NCBI GenBank assembly: GCA_965277715.1
Contig: OZ255836.1
Coordinates: 3,584,001 to 3,648,000, forward strand
Origin: Gammaproteobacteria bacterium
GTDB taxonomy: Bacteria; Pseudomonadota; Gammaproteobacteria; JBCCGL01
Direction: 5' to 3'
DNA length: 64,000 bases
Shown: one piece after another, positions 1 to 10,237 of the stretch
Layout of the letters: each line of letters begins with the position of its first letter
How positions within the stretch are numbered: position 1 is the stretch's first letter
Made by a program: the position numbers and the translations under genes
Notes under the pieces: generated by a model
Told to the model about the DNA's origin: nothing
Databases searched by the model: none
Seen by the model: only the letters and a program-made list of their open reading frames with translations

Positions 1-1
1 T

Positions 2-682
2 GACAAAAAATATATTTTACGCTCATATATAACTACTCACGCAAATGGAAATGTTGAAACATTTCGTTATCTTGCTAATACTAAAGTGCTTCCTCCAGGT
101 GAAGAAACGGTTGCTTGGCTTTTTAAACGTAGCGTTAGTATTTGTGGTTTTACTATATCAAGGGTTGATGCGCAAGCAATTGCAACTGCTGACCTGGATG
201 GTACATTGCTATATCAAATATATCTCATGTCCGAAATCTGTCTTGTTAATGAATCGATTTATTGTGATTTTCCCGTTGCCGAAGCGGTTCAGTCATTTCG
301 AGATGATAAACCTATGTTTGGTTCCTCTGAGGCGGAGAGAAGTAGGTACACACCTGGAACCGTCTCTCAAGACAATTCAATTAATTTTACCAAATCTTAT
401 TTTGAACTCACAGAATACCTGGATAAATTACATGGGACACAACTTACTGTAAAAGTTAAAATTGACTTATCTAAGTATTCTTACCCGTTTCTTTCTATTC
501 AACGAAAACATGGAATTATTGTTTTTTTAAAATATGCTAAAAGACTTGAATCAGAAATTGGTCTTGGGCGAACTCCTTACTATTTTATTTATAAATGGAG
601 TTTGGTTTTTTTAGGTGAAAAGTTGTGTGACAAAATTATTATGCGTATTAAATGTATGTATGGACACACACCTAATTTTTAA
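2..682 (+). CDS. 5'-truncated polysaccharide-locus protein, probably the C-terminal part of a glycosyltransferase
   Basis: Frame is open from base 2 (DKKYILRSYITTHANG...) to TAA at 682. Very AT-rich. The call rests on context in the polysaccharide cluster only. Confidence 0.4.
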   Translation, partial: DKKYILRSYITTHANGNVETFRYLANTKVLPPGEETVAWLFKRSVSICGFTISRVDAQAIATADLDGTLLYQIYLMSEICLVNESIYCDFPVAEAVQSFRDDKPMFGSSEAERSRYTPGTVSQDNSINFTKSYFELTEYLDKLHGTQLTVKVKIDLSKYSYPFLSIQRKHGIIVFLKYAKRLESEIGLGRTPYYFIYKWSLVFLGEKLCDKIIMRIKCMYGHTPNF

Positions 683-719
683 TTTTTTATTTCAACTTGT
701 TTAATAAAGTGTTTGAATT

Positions 720-1112
720 ATGACTCCACAACTCCTTATTTATAAACCATTACGTGCAGTACTTTCATCTATGCCTTTTGGTGTAATTATGTTTTATACA
801 CGTGTTATGGGAGTTTTGCAATTGGTGTTTGGTCTTGGCTGGCTGTTGGATAGATTGGGTTTGTGTGTACAAAGTAATTTGCCGAAAATAGCAGGTGAAT
901 CTTTATGGGCGCGTACAAAGTGGCAATTTGCCGGTGCCACTCTTAATACTTTTGATAAGTATGGGGCACACCACTATCAGCATCTTAAGTCGGATGAGGA
1001 AATTCGTGCTTTAACCCATTCGCTACAACCCGATGCTTCAAAGATTTTAAATATGGACAAATATTTTCTTCGCCCGGCACCAATTGGTTGTGCATTACGA
1101 ATTTTTAGGTAA
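720..1112 (+). pseudogene. C-terminal fragment of a class I SAM methyltransferase-like protein, lacking the SAM-binding domain
   Basis: ATLNTFDKYGAHHYQHLKSDEEIRAL resembles ALLDTFDILAPSYDNPQTAAKVSEWF of the methyltransferase at 3001-3987. No GxGxG motif. Confidence 0.4.
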
Positions 1113-1123
1113 GTTATATTTTT

Positions 1124-2983
1124 ATGTGCGGCGTTATCGGTATTGCTTCTAACCTGTCCTTTACTAATAGGAATTGGCTTGTTGCTGGACGTGACTCCAT
1201 GTTGCACCGTGGGCCTGATGATGCAGGTGAGTGGTGGTCTACTGATGGTTGCGTTGGTTTGGGGCATCGCCGTCTTGCTATTATAGATCTATCTCCTGCT
1301 GGGCATCAGCCTATGCTGGATGTGACGGGTGAGTTAGCTATTACTTTCAATGGTGAAATATATAATTTTGTCGATTTACGCCAAGAATTATTAGCAAAAG
1401 GGTATGTTTTTCAAACTCATAGTGACACGGAAGTGATACTAGTGGCCTATCGAGAATGGGGGACAGATTGTCTTTCGCATTTGAATGGCATGTTTGTTTT
1501 TGCGCTTTACGATGCACGACAACGAAAACTGTTTATGGCTCGGGATCGAGCCGGTGAAAAACCATTTTTCTATACTATGTCAAATGGGGTTTTACGTTTT
1601 TCATCTGAACTTAAGGGTTTGATGGCCGATCCTACTATGCCAAGGCGTATAGATCCAGATGCCTTGGATTGTTATCTGGCCATGGGGTTTTCACCTGGCG
1701 AACGTTGTATGTTACGAGGGGTGAGTAAACTTCCTCCTGCACATGCACTGGAGTTTAATTTAGATAGGGGGCAATTAAATCTTTGGCGATACTGGCAACC
1801 ACCTTCTGAAGATAACTTGATTCAATCGAACGAAGGTATTTTGTTAGATGAACTGGAAAACTTATTGGAAGATGCTGTTCGGCGCCAATTGATGGCCGAT
1901 GTACCGGTGGGTGTTTTACTTAGTGGTGGTGTCGATTCAAGCCTGGTAACGGCAATGGCAGTGAGATCTGTGGCTAAAGTCAAAACGTTTACTATCAGTT
2001 TTCCTGGTTATGCCAAGTACGATGAAACAGAACATTCCAGGTTGATTGCTCGGCATTTTGGGACCGAGCATATCGAGCTGGAGGCCGCCGAATCTACGGT
2101 AGATTTGCTTCCTAAGCTAGCAAAACAGTTTGATGATCCTATGTCGGATTCTTCGATGGTGCCTACGTATCTAGTGAGTCGATTAATTCGAGAGCATTGC
2201 ACTGTAGCCTTAGGTGGTGATGGCGGCGATGAATTATTTGGTGGGTATAGTCATTATAATCGATTACTGTGGTTGCAAAAGAAACTCAGATGGGTTCCGC
2301 TTATGGCAAGATCACCTATCGCTAGTGTAGCAGAGAATCTATTGCCGATTGGTTTTAAAGGCCGGAATTGGTTGCAGGGACTGGGTGTGAATCTGAATCA
2401 CGGATTACCACTTATCGCCTCATTATTTGACCGCTCGACGCGAGCTGCGCTGCTTCAAGAAAACAGTGATTGGGTGTTGGTAGCAGAAGCTATACGTGCA
2501 GAACGTATACCCGTAGCAAACGACCTCTTACAGCGCGCTACGCGAATGGATTTTGGCAATTACTTACCTGACGATATACTGGTTAAAGTAGATCGTGCCA
2601 GTATGTTAAATTCGCTAGAGGTGAGGGCTCCGTTACTTGATTATCGACTTATTGAGTTTGCGTTTGGTAAAGTGCCATCGTACCTTAAGGCAACGCCATC
2701 CAGTCGTAAAATATTACTTAAAAAACTTTGCCAGCGTGTATTACCGCCTGAGTTTGATCAACAGCGTAAACAAGGCTTTTCCATCCCTTTAGCCGATTGG
2801 TTGAAAGCAGGAGCGTTCCGTGATTTTTTTTACGATGTATTGCATGATCGACAATGTATTTTTAGCCGACCAGTGGTTGATAAACTTTTGCAGGGGCAAG
2901 AACGAGGGTATAGTAATAGTGAACGGTTGTTTGCTCTTGTCCAGTTTGAATTATGGCGGAGGGAGTATGGGGCCACGCTTTAA
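1124..2983 (+). CDS. asnB: Asparagine synthase (glutamine-hydrolysing) family amidotransferase, WbpS-like, likely sugar amidation
   Basis: N-terminal MCG (Ntn nucleophile), HRGPD, GHRRLAIID, FNGEIYN, LLSGGVDSS, GDGGDELFGGY. Confidence 0.93.
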   Translation: MCGVIGIASNLSFTNRNWLVAGRDSMLHRGPDDAGEWWSTDGCVGLGHRRLAIIDLSPAGHQPMLDVTGELAITFNGEIYNFVDLRQELLAKGYVFQTHSDTEVILVAYREWGTDCLSHLNGMFVFALYDARQRKLFMARDRAGEKPFFYTMSNGVLRFSSELKGLMADPTMPRRIDPDALDCYLAMGFSPGERCMLRGVSKLPPAHALEFNLDRGQLNLWRYWQPPSEDNLIQSNEGILLDELENLLEDAVRRQLMADVPVGVLLSGGVDSSLVTAMAVRSVAKVKTFTISFPGYAKYDETEHSRLIARHFGTEHIELEAAESTVDLLPKLAKQFDDPMSDSSMVPTYLVSRLIREHCTVALGGDGGDELFGGYSHYNRLLWLQKKLRWVPLMARSPIASVAENLLPIGFKGRNWLQGLGVNLNHGLPLIASLFDRSTRAALLQENSDWVLVAEAIRAERIPVANDLLQRATRMDFGNYLPDDILVKVDRASMLNSLEVRAPLLDYRLIEFAFGKVPSYLKATPSSRKILLKKLCQRVLPPEFDQQRKQGFSIPLADWLKAGAFRDFFYDVLHDRQCIFSRPVVDKLLQGQERGYSNSERLFALVQFELWRREYGATL

Positions 2984-3000
2984 CAATATACTGAAAAACT

Positions 3001-3987
3001 ATGAAACCTGAATTGCTTGCTTTGTTACGCTGTCCCAGTAGTGGTCAAGGCCTTGTATTTGAGGAGTCTTCTGTTCCAGGGCAGGACGGCTGGGTGGTTT
3101 CTGAAGATAGTCAGAAACGCTATCCAGTTCGAGATGGCATACCTCGCTTTGTTCCAGAATCCAATTATGCTGATAATTTTGGTATGCAATGGAATCATTT
3201 TCGCCAAACACAACTTGACAGTTATTCAGGCCACTCTATTTCTACAGATCGTTTTTGGGCTGCCACAGGCTGGAATCCAAAGGATTTGAAAGGAAAGTGG
3301 GTATTGGATGCGGGCTGTGGTGCTGGTCGATTTGCTGAGGTCGCATTAATCGCTGGAGCACACGTTGTCGCTATGGACTACTCCAGCGCAGTGGATGCTT
3401 GTTATGCTAATCTTAAGCAACATTCAAACCTGCATATAGTGCAAGGAGATATTTATGCACTGCCTTTTGCCTCTGAGATGTTTTCCTTTGTTTATTCGTT
3501 AGGTGTTTTGCAACATACGCCAGATGTAGCTGCGGCTTTTGCAGCATTGCCTTCTATGGTACGTCCAGGCGGGGCTTTGTGCACAGACTATTATTGGAAA
3601 CGATTCCGTACACTTATGCATGCCAAATATCTTTTTCGCCCATTCACCAAGTCCATGCCGCAAGATAAGCTTTTCACACTGTTACAACATCATGTGCCTA
3701 ATATGTTGTTTATCAGCCAAATGCTAGGGCGTACACCTTTGCTAGGTAAGGTGTTAAAGCGGCTGATTCCCGTAGCAGATTATACAGGTGTTTTTCCATT
3801 ATCAGACCAGCAATTGAAAGAATGGGCCTTGCTCGATACTTTCGATATTCTGGCACCTTCCTATGACAACCCACAAACTGCTGCAAAGGTGTCAGAATGG
3901 TTTGAAATAGAAGGTTTTGATGATATAGAGGTGTTACATGCTTCTCATTTAGTAGCACGAGGGCGTAAGCCTATAGGAATTGCTTAA
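3001..3987 (+). CDS. Class I SAM-dependent methyltransferase with N-terminal Trm112-like domain
   Basis: LLALLRCP...YPVRDGIPRF (Trm112-like), VLDAGCGAGRF motif I, GVLQHTPD. Confidence 0.85.
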   Translation: MKPELLALLRCPSSGQGLVFEESSVPGQDGWVVSEDSQKRYPVRDGIPRFVPESNYADNFGMQWNHFRQTQLDSYSGHSISTDRFWAATGWNPKDLKGKWVLDAGCGAGRFAEVALIAGAHVVAMDYSSAVDACYANLKQHSNLHIVQGDIYALPFASEMFSFVYSLGVLQHTPDVAAAFAALPSMVRPGGALCTDYYWKRFRTLMHAKYLFRPFTKSMPQDKLFTLLQHHVPNMLFISQMLGRTPLLGKVLKRLIPVADYTGVFPLSDQQLKEWALLDTFDILAPSYDNPQTAAKVSEWFEIEGFDDIEVLHASHLVARGRKPIGIA

Positions 3988-4019
3988 TCAATGGGTAACA
4001 ATATTTGGAAAATTAACAC

Positions 4020-5162
4020 GTGATCTTGGGTATCGACGCGTTTAATCTTAGTAGTGGTGGTGGTATTACCCATTTGGTTGAACTGCTGCGAGCAGCAGTT
4101 CCCATTCGATATGGGTTTAAAACAATTATTCTCTGGGGATCGAAGTCGACACTGGCAAAAGTAGAGGATTGTGACTGGTTGCAGAAAGTGCATGAACCTC
4201 TGTTGGATAGGCATTTGCTGTATCGGGTATTTTGGCATCTTTTTGTACAAAAACGGCGCGCAGCTCAGTCTGGTTGCGATATAGTGTTCTTACCTGGTGG
4301 TACAGATTTTAGTGGCTTTTCACCTTCTGTTACCATGAGTCGCAATATGTTGCCATTTGAGTGGCGTGAATTGCGACGATACGGTTGGGCGCTGGCGACA
4401 TTGAAATTATTACTTTTACGCTGGACACAGAAACGTTCGTTTCAAAATACCAGCGGCCTGATTTTCCTTACGCAATATGCGCAGCATGTTGTAATGCAAT
4501 TAGTGGAGAGTAAAACATTGCAGCATGTGATTATTCCACATGGTATCAATGCGCGATTTTTCCACGCGCCCCGTTACCATCATCACGGCTTTACTGCTGA
4601 TCGGCCATGCCGGGTTTTGTATGTTTCAATTATCAGTCCATATAAACACCAATGGGTTGTAGTTGAAGCGGCGGCCAAATTACGAGCTGAAGGTGTTCCG
4701 ATTACACTGGAACTGATTGGACCACCCGCAGAAGGATTAGATTTACTAAATAATGCAATTAAACATGCTGATCCTAAGCAAGAGTTTATCACTTATCAAG
4801 GAGGGGTAGCTCACGAGCTGTTGGAAAAATATTATACTGATGCTGATATAGGTTTATTTGCCTCCAGTTGCGAAAACATGCCGAATATTTTACTCGAAGG
4901 TATGGCTGCCGGCTTGCCGATGGCCAGCTCACGTATGGGGCCTATGCCAGAAATTTTGGGGGATGCAGGGGAGTATTTTGACCCTCTAGACAGTGATGAT
5001 ATTGCCAAAGCATTGCGCAAGCTGATTAGCTGCGCAGGTTTACGTACCCAGTTGGCGGAGATGGCGTTTGCCAAAGCGAAACAATTTTCCTGGGATCGAA
5101 GTGCCAACTACACGTTTGAATTTTTGGCACAGATTGCGCAAAAATATAAAACCCCCTCTTAA
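4020..5162 (+). CDS. Glycosyltransferase family 4
   Basis: GT-B motifs ENMPNILLEGMAAGLP and AKQFSW. Confidence 0.9.
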   Translation: MILGIDAFNLSSGGGITHLVELLRAAVPIRYGFKTIILWGSKSTLAKVEDCDWLQKVHEPLLDRHLLYRVFWHLFVQKRRAAQSGCDIVFLPGGTDFSGFSPSVTMSRNMLPFEWRELRRYGWALATLKLLLLRWTQKRSFQNTSGLIFLTQYAQHVVMQLVESKTLQHVIIPHGINARFFHAPRYHHHGFTADRPCRVLYVSIISPYKHQWVVVEAAAKLRAEGVPITLELIGPPAEGLDLLNNAIKHADPKQEFITYQGGVAHELLEKYYTDADIGLFASSCENMPNILLEGMAAGLPMASSRMGPMPEILGDAGEYFDPLDSDDIAKALRKLISCAGLRTQLAEMAFAKAKQFSWDRSANYTFEFLAQIAQKYKTPS

Positions 5163-5163
5163 T

Positions 5164-6192
5164 ATGTTCACTGACAACACTTTATTGATTACAGGTGGCA
5201 CCGGTTCTTTCGGTAATGCCGTTCTACAGCGACTCTTAAATTCTGGCTTGGCTGAAATCCGTATTTTTAGCCGTGATGAAAAGAAACAGGATGATATGCG
5301 TAAACGCTATAACCATGCCAAACTGAAATTTTATATTGGTGATGTGCGTGATTATCAGTCAGTTTTAAATGCTGTCCGAGGGGTAGATTTTATTTTTCAT
5401 GCGGCAGCGCTTAAGCAAGTACCCTCTTGTGAGTTTCACCCCCTTGAGGCAGTCAAGACGAATGTTTTGGGTACTGAAAACGTTCTCGAAGCAGCCATTA
5501 ATAGTGGCGTAAAGCGTGTTGTTTGTTTGAGTACAGATAAAGCAGTTTACCCAATTAATGCAATGGGTATTTCCAAGGCGATGATGGAAAAAGTGATTGT
5601 TGCGAAGTCGCGCGTAATTGAATCAACCGTTATCTGTATCACACGTTATGGTAACGTCATGGCCTCACGTGGTTCGGTGATTCCGTTATTTGTTAATCAG
5701 ATTCGGTCGGGCAAGCCCATCAGCATTACTGATCCGAATATGACACGCTTTATGATGACGCTTAATGATGCGGTCGATTTGGTTTTGTATGCGTTTAGTA
5801 ATGCTAGTCCTGGTGACATTTTTGTACAAAAAGCGCCAGCTGCCACGATCGAAACATTAGTCAAAGCGTTGACAACCTTATTGGAGGTGCCTAAGCATGA
5901 GGTGAACGTTATCGGTACTCGCCATGGAGAAAAGCTGTTCGAGGCGTTACTAAGTAGGGAGGAGATGGTAGCTGCTCAAGATTTGGGCAATTATTATCGC
6001 ATTCCCCCTGATCTGCGCGACTTGAATTATGGAAAATTCGTTGAGCAAGGTGAGATTAAAATATCTGAAGCACTGGAATATAACTCACACAACACCACTC
6101 GCTTGGGTGTCAAGGAAATGGAAGCGCTGTTGATGAAATTAGCTTTCATGCAGGCGATTACTCGTGATGAGCATCCCCTGACGGAGGGGTGA
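5164..6192 (+). CDS. fnlA: UDP-GlcNAc 4,6-dehydratase/5-epimerase (FnlA/WbjB/CapE)
   Basis: LITGGTGSFG, FSRDEKKQ, AALKQVPSCEF, STDKAVYPINAMG. Start moved to ATG 5164, just after the upstream stop. Confidence 0.92.
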   Translation: MFTDNTLLITGGTGSFGNAVLQRLLNSGLAEIRIFSRDEKKQDDMRKRYNHAKLKFYIGDVRDYQSVLNAVRGVDFIFHAAALKQVPSCEFHPLEAVKTNVLGTENVLEAAINSGVKRVVCLSTDKAVYPINAMGISKAMMEKVIVAKSRVIESTVICITRYGNVMASRGSVIPLFVNQIRSGKPISITDPNMTRFMMTLNDAVDLVLYAFSNASPGDIFVQKAPAATIETLVKALTTLLEVPKHEVNVIGTRHGEKLFEALLSREEMVAAQDLGNYYRIPPDLRDLNYGKFVEQGEIKISEALEYNSHNTTRLGVKEMEALLMKLAFMQAITRDEHPLTEG

Positions 6193-6193
6193 A

Positions 6194-7300
6194 GTGCGTA
6201 TTCTAGTTACCGGATCACAGGGATTTGTGGGTAAAAACTTAGTAGTTCGTTTAAATGAGGAACCTAATTTCCAAGTGTTGCGCTTTGATCGGGGCGATGC
6301 ACTTGAATCCCTCTCCAGGTTGGTTACAAAGGCGGATGCAATTGTTCATCTAGCGGGCGAAAATCGCCCCAAAGAATTAGTAGATTTTACTCGGGTGAAC
6401 ACCGATTTGACCAAAGTACTTTGTGCAGAGGTAATCGCAGCAGGGCGTAATATCCCGTTGATTTTTGCTTCGTCAACTCAGGCTGAACTTGATAACCCTT
6501 ATGGTCAAAGCAAGCGGGCTGCAGAAGTAGTGATTGAACATTTGGTTGGCAAAACAGATAACCCATCGATAATCTACAGACTGCCAGGCGTATTTGGTAA
6601 ATGGTGTAAACCAAATTACAACTCCGTAGTTGCGACCTTTTGCTATAACATCGCTAACGATTTACCTATTCAGGTCAATGATGCTACTACAAAGTTGCGT
6701 TTAGTTTATATCGATGATGTGGTGACCGAATTTATTCGTGTGTTAAAGAGCATGAAACATGGGCTTGGCTGGGGTGAGGTAACACCGATATACACAGTTA
6801 CTCTGGGCGCTTTGGCCGCACAAATTCAAGCCTTCAAAAACTCTCGAAATACGTTGATTTCTGAGCGCGTGGGAATGGGGCTAACGCGTGCCTTGTATTC
6901 AAGTTATGTCAGTTACCTACCCCCTGCCAAGTTTGCTTATGAGGTGCCGCATTATGGTGATCAGCGAGGAGTCTTTGTGGAAATGCTCAAAACACCCGAT
7001 TGCGGACAATTTTCTTTCTTTACCGCTTATCCAGGGGTGACTAGAGGGGGGCACTATCACCATAGCAAGACAGAGAAGTTTTTAGTCATCAAGGGTGCTG
7101 CCCGTTTTGGTTTTCGTCACATCGTGAGGGGTGAAACTTATGAGATCTTTACTTCTGGCGATACACCACAAATTGTAGAGACTGTGCCTGGTTGGACGCA
7201 TGACATCACCAATGTTGGGCTAGATGAAATGGTAGTAATGTTGTGGGCTAATGAGATTTTTGACCGAGCACGCCCCGATACCATTAGTGATGAAGTGTAA
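6194..7300 (+). CDS. fnlB: UDP-2-acetamido-2,6-dideoxy-hexulose reductase with cupin domain (FnlB/WbjC/CapF)
   Basis: GSQGFVG, HLAGENRP, FGKWCKPNYNS, C-terminal cupin TRGGHYHHSKTEKF. Confidence 0.9.
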   Translation: MRILVTGSQGFVGKNLVVRLNEEPNFQVLRFDRGDALESLSRLVTKADAIVHLAGENRPKELVDFTRVNTDLTKVLCAEVIAAGRNIPLIFASSTQAELDNPYGQSKRAAEVVIEHLVGKTDNPSIIYRLPGVFGKWCKPNYNSVVATFCYNIANDLPIQVNDATTKLRLVYIDDVVTEFIRVLKSMKHGLGWGEVTPIYTVTLGALAAQIQAFKNSRNTLISERVGMGLTRALYSSYVSYLPPAKFAYEVPHYGDQRGVFVEMLKTPDCGQFSFFTAYPGVTRGGHYHHSKTEKFLVIKGAARFGFRHIVRGETYEIFTSGDTPQIVETVPGWTHDITNVGLDEMVVMLWANEIFDRARPDTISDEV

Positions 7301-7301
7301 T

Positions 7302-8432
7302 ATGAAAAAGCTTAAGGTTATGACAGTAGTAGGGACACGGCCTGAAATCATTCGTCTGTCACGTGTATTGGCAAAATTGGATACATACTGTGAGCATGTA
7401 CTGGTGCATACTGGGCAAAATTATGACTACGAACTGAATCAAATATTTTTTGAAGATTTGGGTATTCGAAAACCAGACCATTTTTTAAATGCAGCAGGTG
7501 CTAACAGTGCCGAGACTATTGGTAACGTTATTATTGGTGTTGACAAAGTAATAGCAGAAGTGGCGCCCGACAGTATGTTAGTGTTGGGGGATACCAATAG
7601 TTGCATGGCTGTATTGTCGGCAAAGCGCAGAAAAATACCCGTGTTTCATATGGAAGCGGGAAACCGCTGTTTTGATCAACGGGTGCCAGAAGAAATTAAT
7701 CGCCGAATTGTCGACCATACCGCAGATATAAATCTTACCTATAGTACTATTGCCCGCGAATACCTTTTGCGGGAAGGCTTGCCAGCAGATAGGGTGATCA
7801 AAACCGGAAGCCCGATGAACGAAGTATTGTCATATTACCGTTCTGGTATTCATGCATCCGATATATTGTCTCGCCTTGATTTGTGTGAAGGGCAGTTTTT
7901 TATTGTCAGTGCTCACCGCGAAGAGAACATTGACGTAGACAAGAGTTTTGGCAAGCTAGTTCATATATTGAATAGCCTTGGCGAGCATTACTGTCTACCG
8001 GTTGTGGTATCTACCCATCCTCGTACACAAAATCGGATCGATACAGCTGGCATAAAATTCAACTCGTATGTGCGACTGTTAAAACCATTAGGATTTAAAG
8101 ACTATAATAAATTACAGATTAGTGCTAAAACAGTATTGTCAGATAGCGGTACGATTAATGAAGAGGCATCAATTTTGAACTTTCCCGCCTTGAACATTCG
8201 TGAGTCACACGAACGCCCTGAGGGAATGGAAGAAGCAGCTGTGATGATGGTCGGTTTAGAAACTGATCGGGTAATGCAAGCTTTGGCTATACTGGATAAC
8301 CAAACCCGTGGTAAAGAGCGACTATTGCGACCGGTCAGTGACTACAGTATGCCCAATGTTGCAGAAAAAGTGGTACGTATACTTCATAGTTATACTGATT
8401 ATGTGAATCGTGTGGTCTGGAAAAAATATTGA
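7302..8432 (+). CDS. fnlC: UDP-N-acetylhexosamine 2-epimerase, non-hydrolysing (FnlC/WbjD)
   Basis: VVGTRPEIIRL, HTGQNYDYEL, HMEAGNRCFD, SDSGT, HERPEG. Start at ATG 7302. Confidence 0.9.
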   Translation: MKKLKVMTVVGTRPEIIRLSRVLAKLDTYCEHVLVHTGQNYDYELNQIFFEDLGIRKPDHFLNAAGANSAETIGNVIIGVDKVIAEVAPDSMLVLGDTNSCMAVLSAKRRKIPVFHMEAGNRCFDQRVPEEINRRIVDHTADINLTYSTIAREYLLREGLPADRVIKTGSPMNEVLSYYRSGIHASDILSRLDLCEGQFFIVSAHREENIDVDKSFGKLVHILNSLGEHYCLPVVVSTHPRTQNRIDTAGIKFNSYVRLLKPLGFKDYNKLQISAKTVLSDSGTINEEASILNFPALNIRESHERPEGMEEAAVMMVGLETDRVMQALAILDNQTRGKERLLRPVSDYSMPNVAEKVVRILHSYTDYVNRVVWKKY

Positions 8433-8446
8433 ATGGTAGTTAATGT

Positions 8447-9637
8447 ATGCGCATTGCTTTAATTGCGGATGCCTTTCCTCCCATGCGCATTTCTAGTGCC
8501 ATTCAGTTGAGAGATCTGTGTTTTACCTTGGTTGAACAGGGGCACGAGCCGACTGTATTGACGCCTGTCTCTGAGCAGAAAGAGCCTTGGCAAATGGAAA
8601 TGTGGAATGGTGTTCGTATTGTTCGTTTAAAATCCCCTAAAACCAAAGATGTTGGTTATGCCCGGCGTACTGTCGGCGAATGTTTGATGCCTTATGCAAT
8701 GCGTTACAATCTGCGTAAAAGCCCGTTGGCTAACGAACGTTGGGATGGCATTGTATGGTATTCACCTTCAATTTTCTTTGCGCCTATAGTGAAGCTTTTG
8801 AAGCAACGTAGCGCTTGTCGAAGCTATTTGATCATTCGGGATATTTTTCCCGAATGGGTTGTGGATATGGGTCTTATAAGGCGAGGGCTTCCCTATCACT
8901 TTTTTAAAATGATTGAACACTTTCAGTATTCCATAGCAGATGTGGTAGGCGTACAGACACCTGCCAGTCTCGCGTATTTTGATGTGTGGAAAAAACACCC
9001 CGATCGGCAGCTTGAGGTGCTTCAAAACTGGTTGAGACAGGCACCGAACATAGGCTGTAGTATTTCTATTGCCAAAACGGCTTTGGTGGGCCGAAAAATT
9101 TTTGTTTACGCAGGTAATATGGGTGTTGCTCAAGGAATTACTGTTTTACTCAATCTTGCTGAAAGGCTTAAGAGTCGAAAAGACATTGGCTTTTTGTTTG
9201 TCGGTAGGGGGAGCCATGTACAACCATTGCGAATCGAAGCCTCAGCGCGTGGTTTAGATAATGTGGTATTTTTTGATGAGATTGATCCTGAAGAGATTCC
9301 AGGTTTGTATGCACAATGCCATATAGGTTTAGTTATGCTGGATTCGCGCCACAAAACGCACAATATTCCCGGTAAATTTATTTCGTACATGCAAAATGGT
9401 TTACCTGTTTTAGCCAACATAAACCCGGGTAATGATCTAGTTGATTTAATCACCCAAAAACGCGTAGGCAAGGTGTGTACGGAACCCTCGGTCGATACAT
9501 TGCAACGTTTGGCCGAAAGCCTTTTAGACGAGCTCGCAGATGATGATAAAGTACAATCACGATGTCAATTATTGGCTGCTCAATTGTTTTCTGCAGAGGT
9601 GGCAGCGCAACAAATTATTCGGGCGTTATCAGTGTGA
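8447..9637 (+). CDS. GT4 glycosyltransferase, WbuB-like (putative L-FucNAc transferase)
   Basis: YAGNMGVAQG, IPGKFISYM; directly follows fnlABC. Confidence 0.85.
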   Translation: MRIALIADAFPPMRISSAIQLRDLCFTLVEQGHEPTVLTPVSEQKEPWQMEMWNGVRIVRLKSPKTKDVGYARRTVGECLMPYAMRYNLRKSPLANERWDGIVWYSPSIFFAPIVKLLKQRSACRSYLIIRDIFPEWVVDMGLIRRGLPYHFFKMIEHFQYSIADVVGVQTPASLAYFDVWKKHPDRQLEVLQNWLRQAPNIGCSISIAKTALVGRKIFVYAGNMGVAQGITVLLNLAERLKSRKDIGFLFVGRGSHVQPLRIEASARGLDNVVFFDEIDPEEIPGLYAQCHIGLVMLDSRHKTHNIPGKFISYMQNGLPVLANINPGNDLVDLITQKRVGKVCTEPSVDTLQRLAESLLDELADDDKVQSRCQLLAAQLFSAEVAAQQIIRALSV

Positions 9638-9664
9638 GGCAGCACAGTTTTCTGCATATCAAAT

Positions 9665-10168
9665 ATGGCTATTATACGTTTTTCTCCACACTACTTAGAT
9701 ACACTTATTCAGGAAGCGCGATGTTCTCTCCGATGTAGGCAACACCGCAATATACACCAGAGCTACCAGGATCCGTGTCAACGTCTTTTGAATGCTATCG
9801 GCATGGACAGTTATATACGACCCCATCGCCATGTAGCGGACCCGAAGGTGGAGTGTTTAATTGCAGTGCGTGGTCGGATGGCGTTAGTATTGTTTGGTGA
9901 TACAGGTGTAGTGGAAGACCTAATATCTTTTGGCACAGAAAAATACGCTGACACTGAATCACTGGCTGTTGGGGTTGAGCTATCACAGGGTGTTTGGCAT
10001 ACCGTTATTGCTTTAGTGCCGGGATCAATTCTGTTTGAGGCAAAAGCTGGGCCATTTGACGCTAAGTTTGCCAAAGAGTTTGCACCGTGGGCTCCCGAGG
10101 AAGGAACAACTGATGGCGCGAACTTCCTTTCATCATTACGTATAAGGGCTATGGATAGTGTTGAATGA
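9665..10168 (+). CDS. wbuC: WbuC-family cupin metalloprotein
   Basis: RQHRNIH, QRLLNA, YIRPHRH, WHTV, EAKAGPF, APWAPEE. Confidence 0.85.
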   Translation: MAIIRFSPHYLDTLIQEARCSLRCRQHRNIHQSYQDPCQRLLNAIGMDSYIRPHRHVADPKVECLIAVRGRMALVLFGDTGVVEDLISFGTEKYADTESLAVGVELSQGVWHTVIALVPGSILFEAKAGPFDAKFAKEFAPWAPEEGTTDGANFLSSLRIRAMDSVE

Positions 10169-10237
10169 TCTGAAGATCGTTTATCAGTAAAAAAATAGCC
10201 CATGCTTGCTAATAATAGAAAATAGGATAAGAATTTT

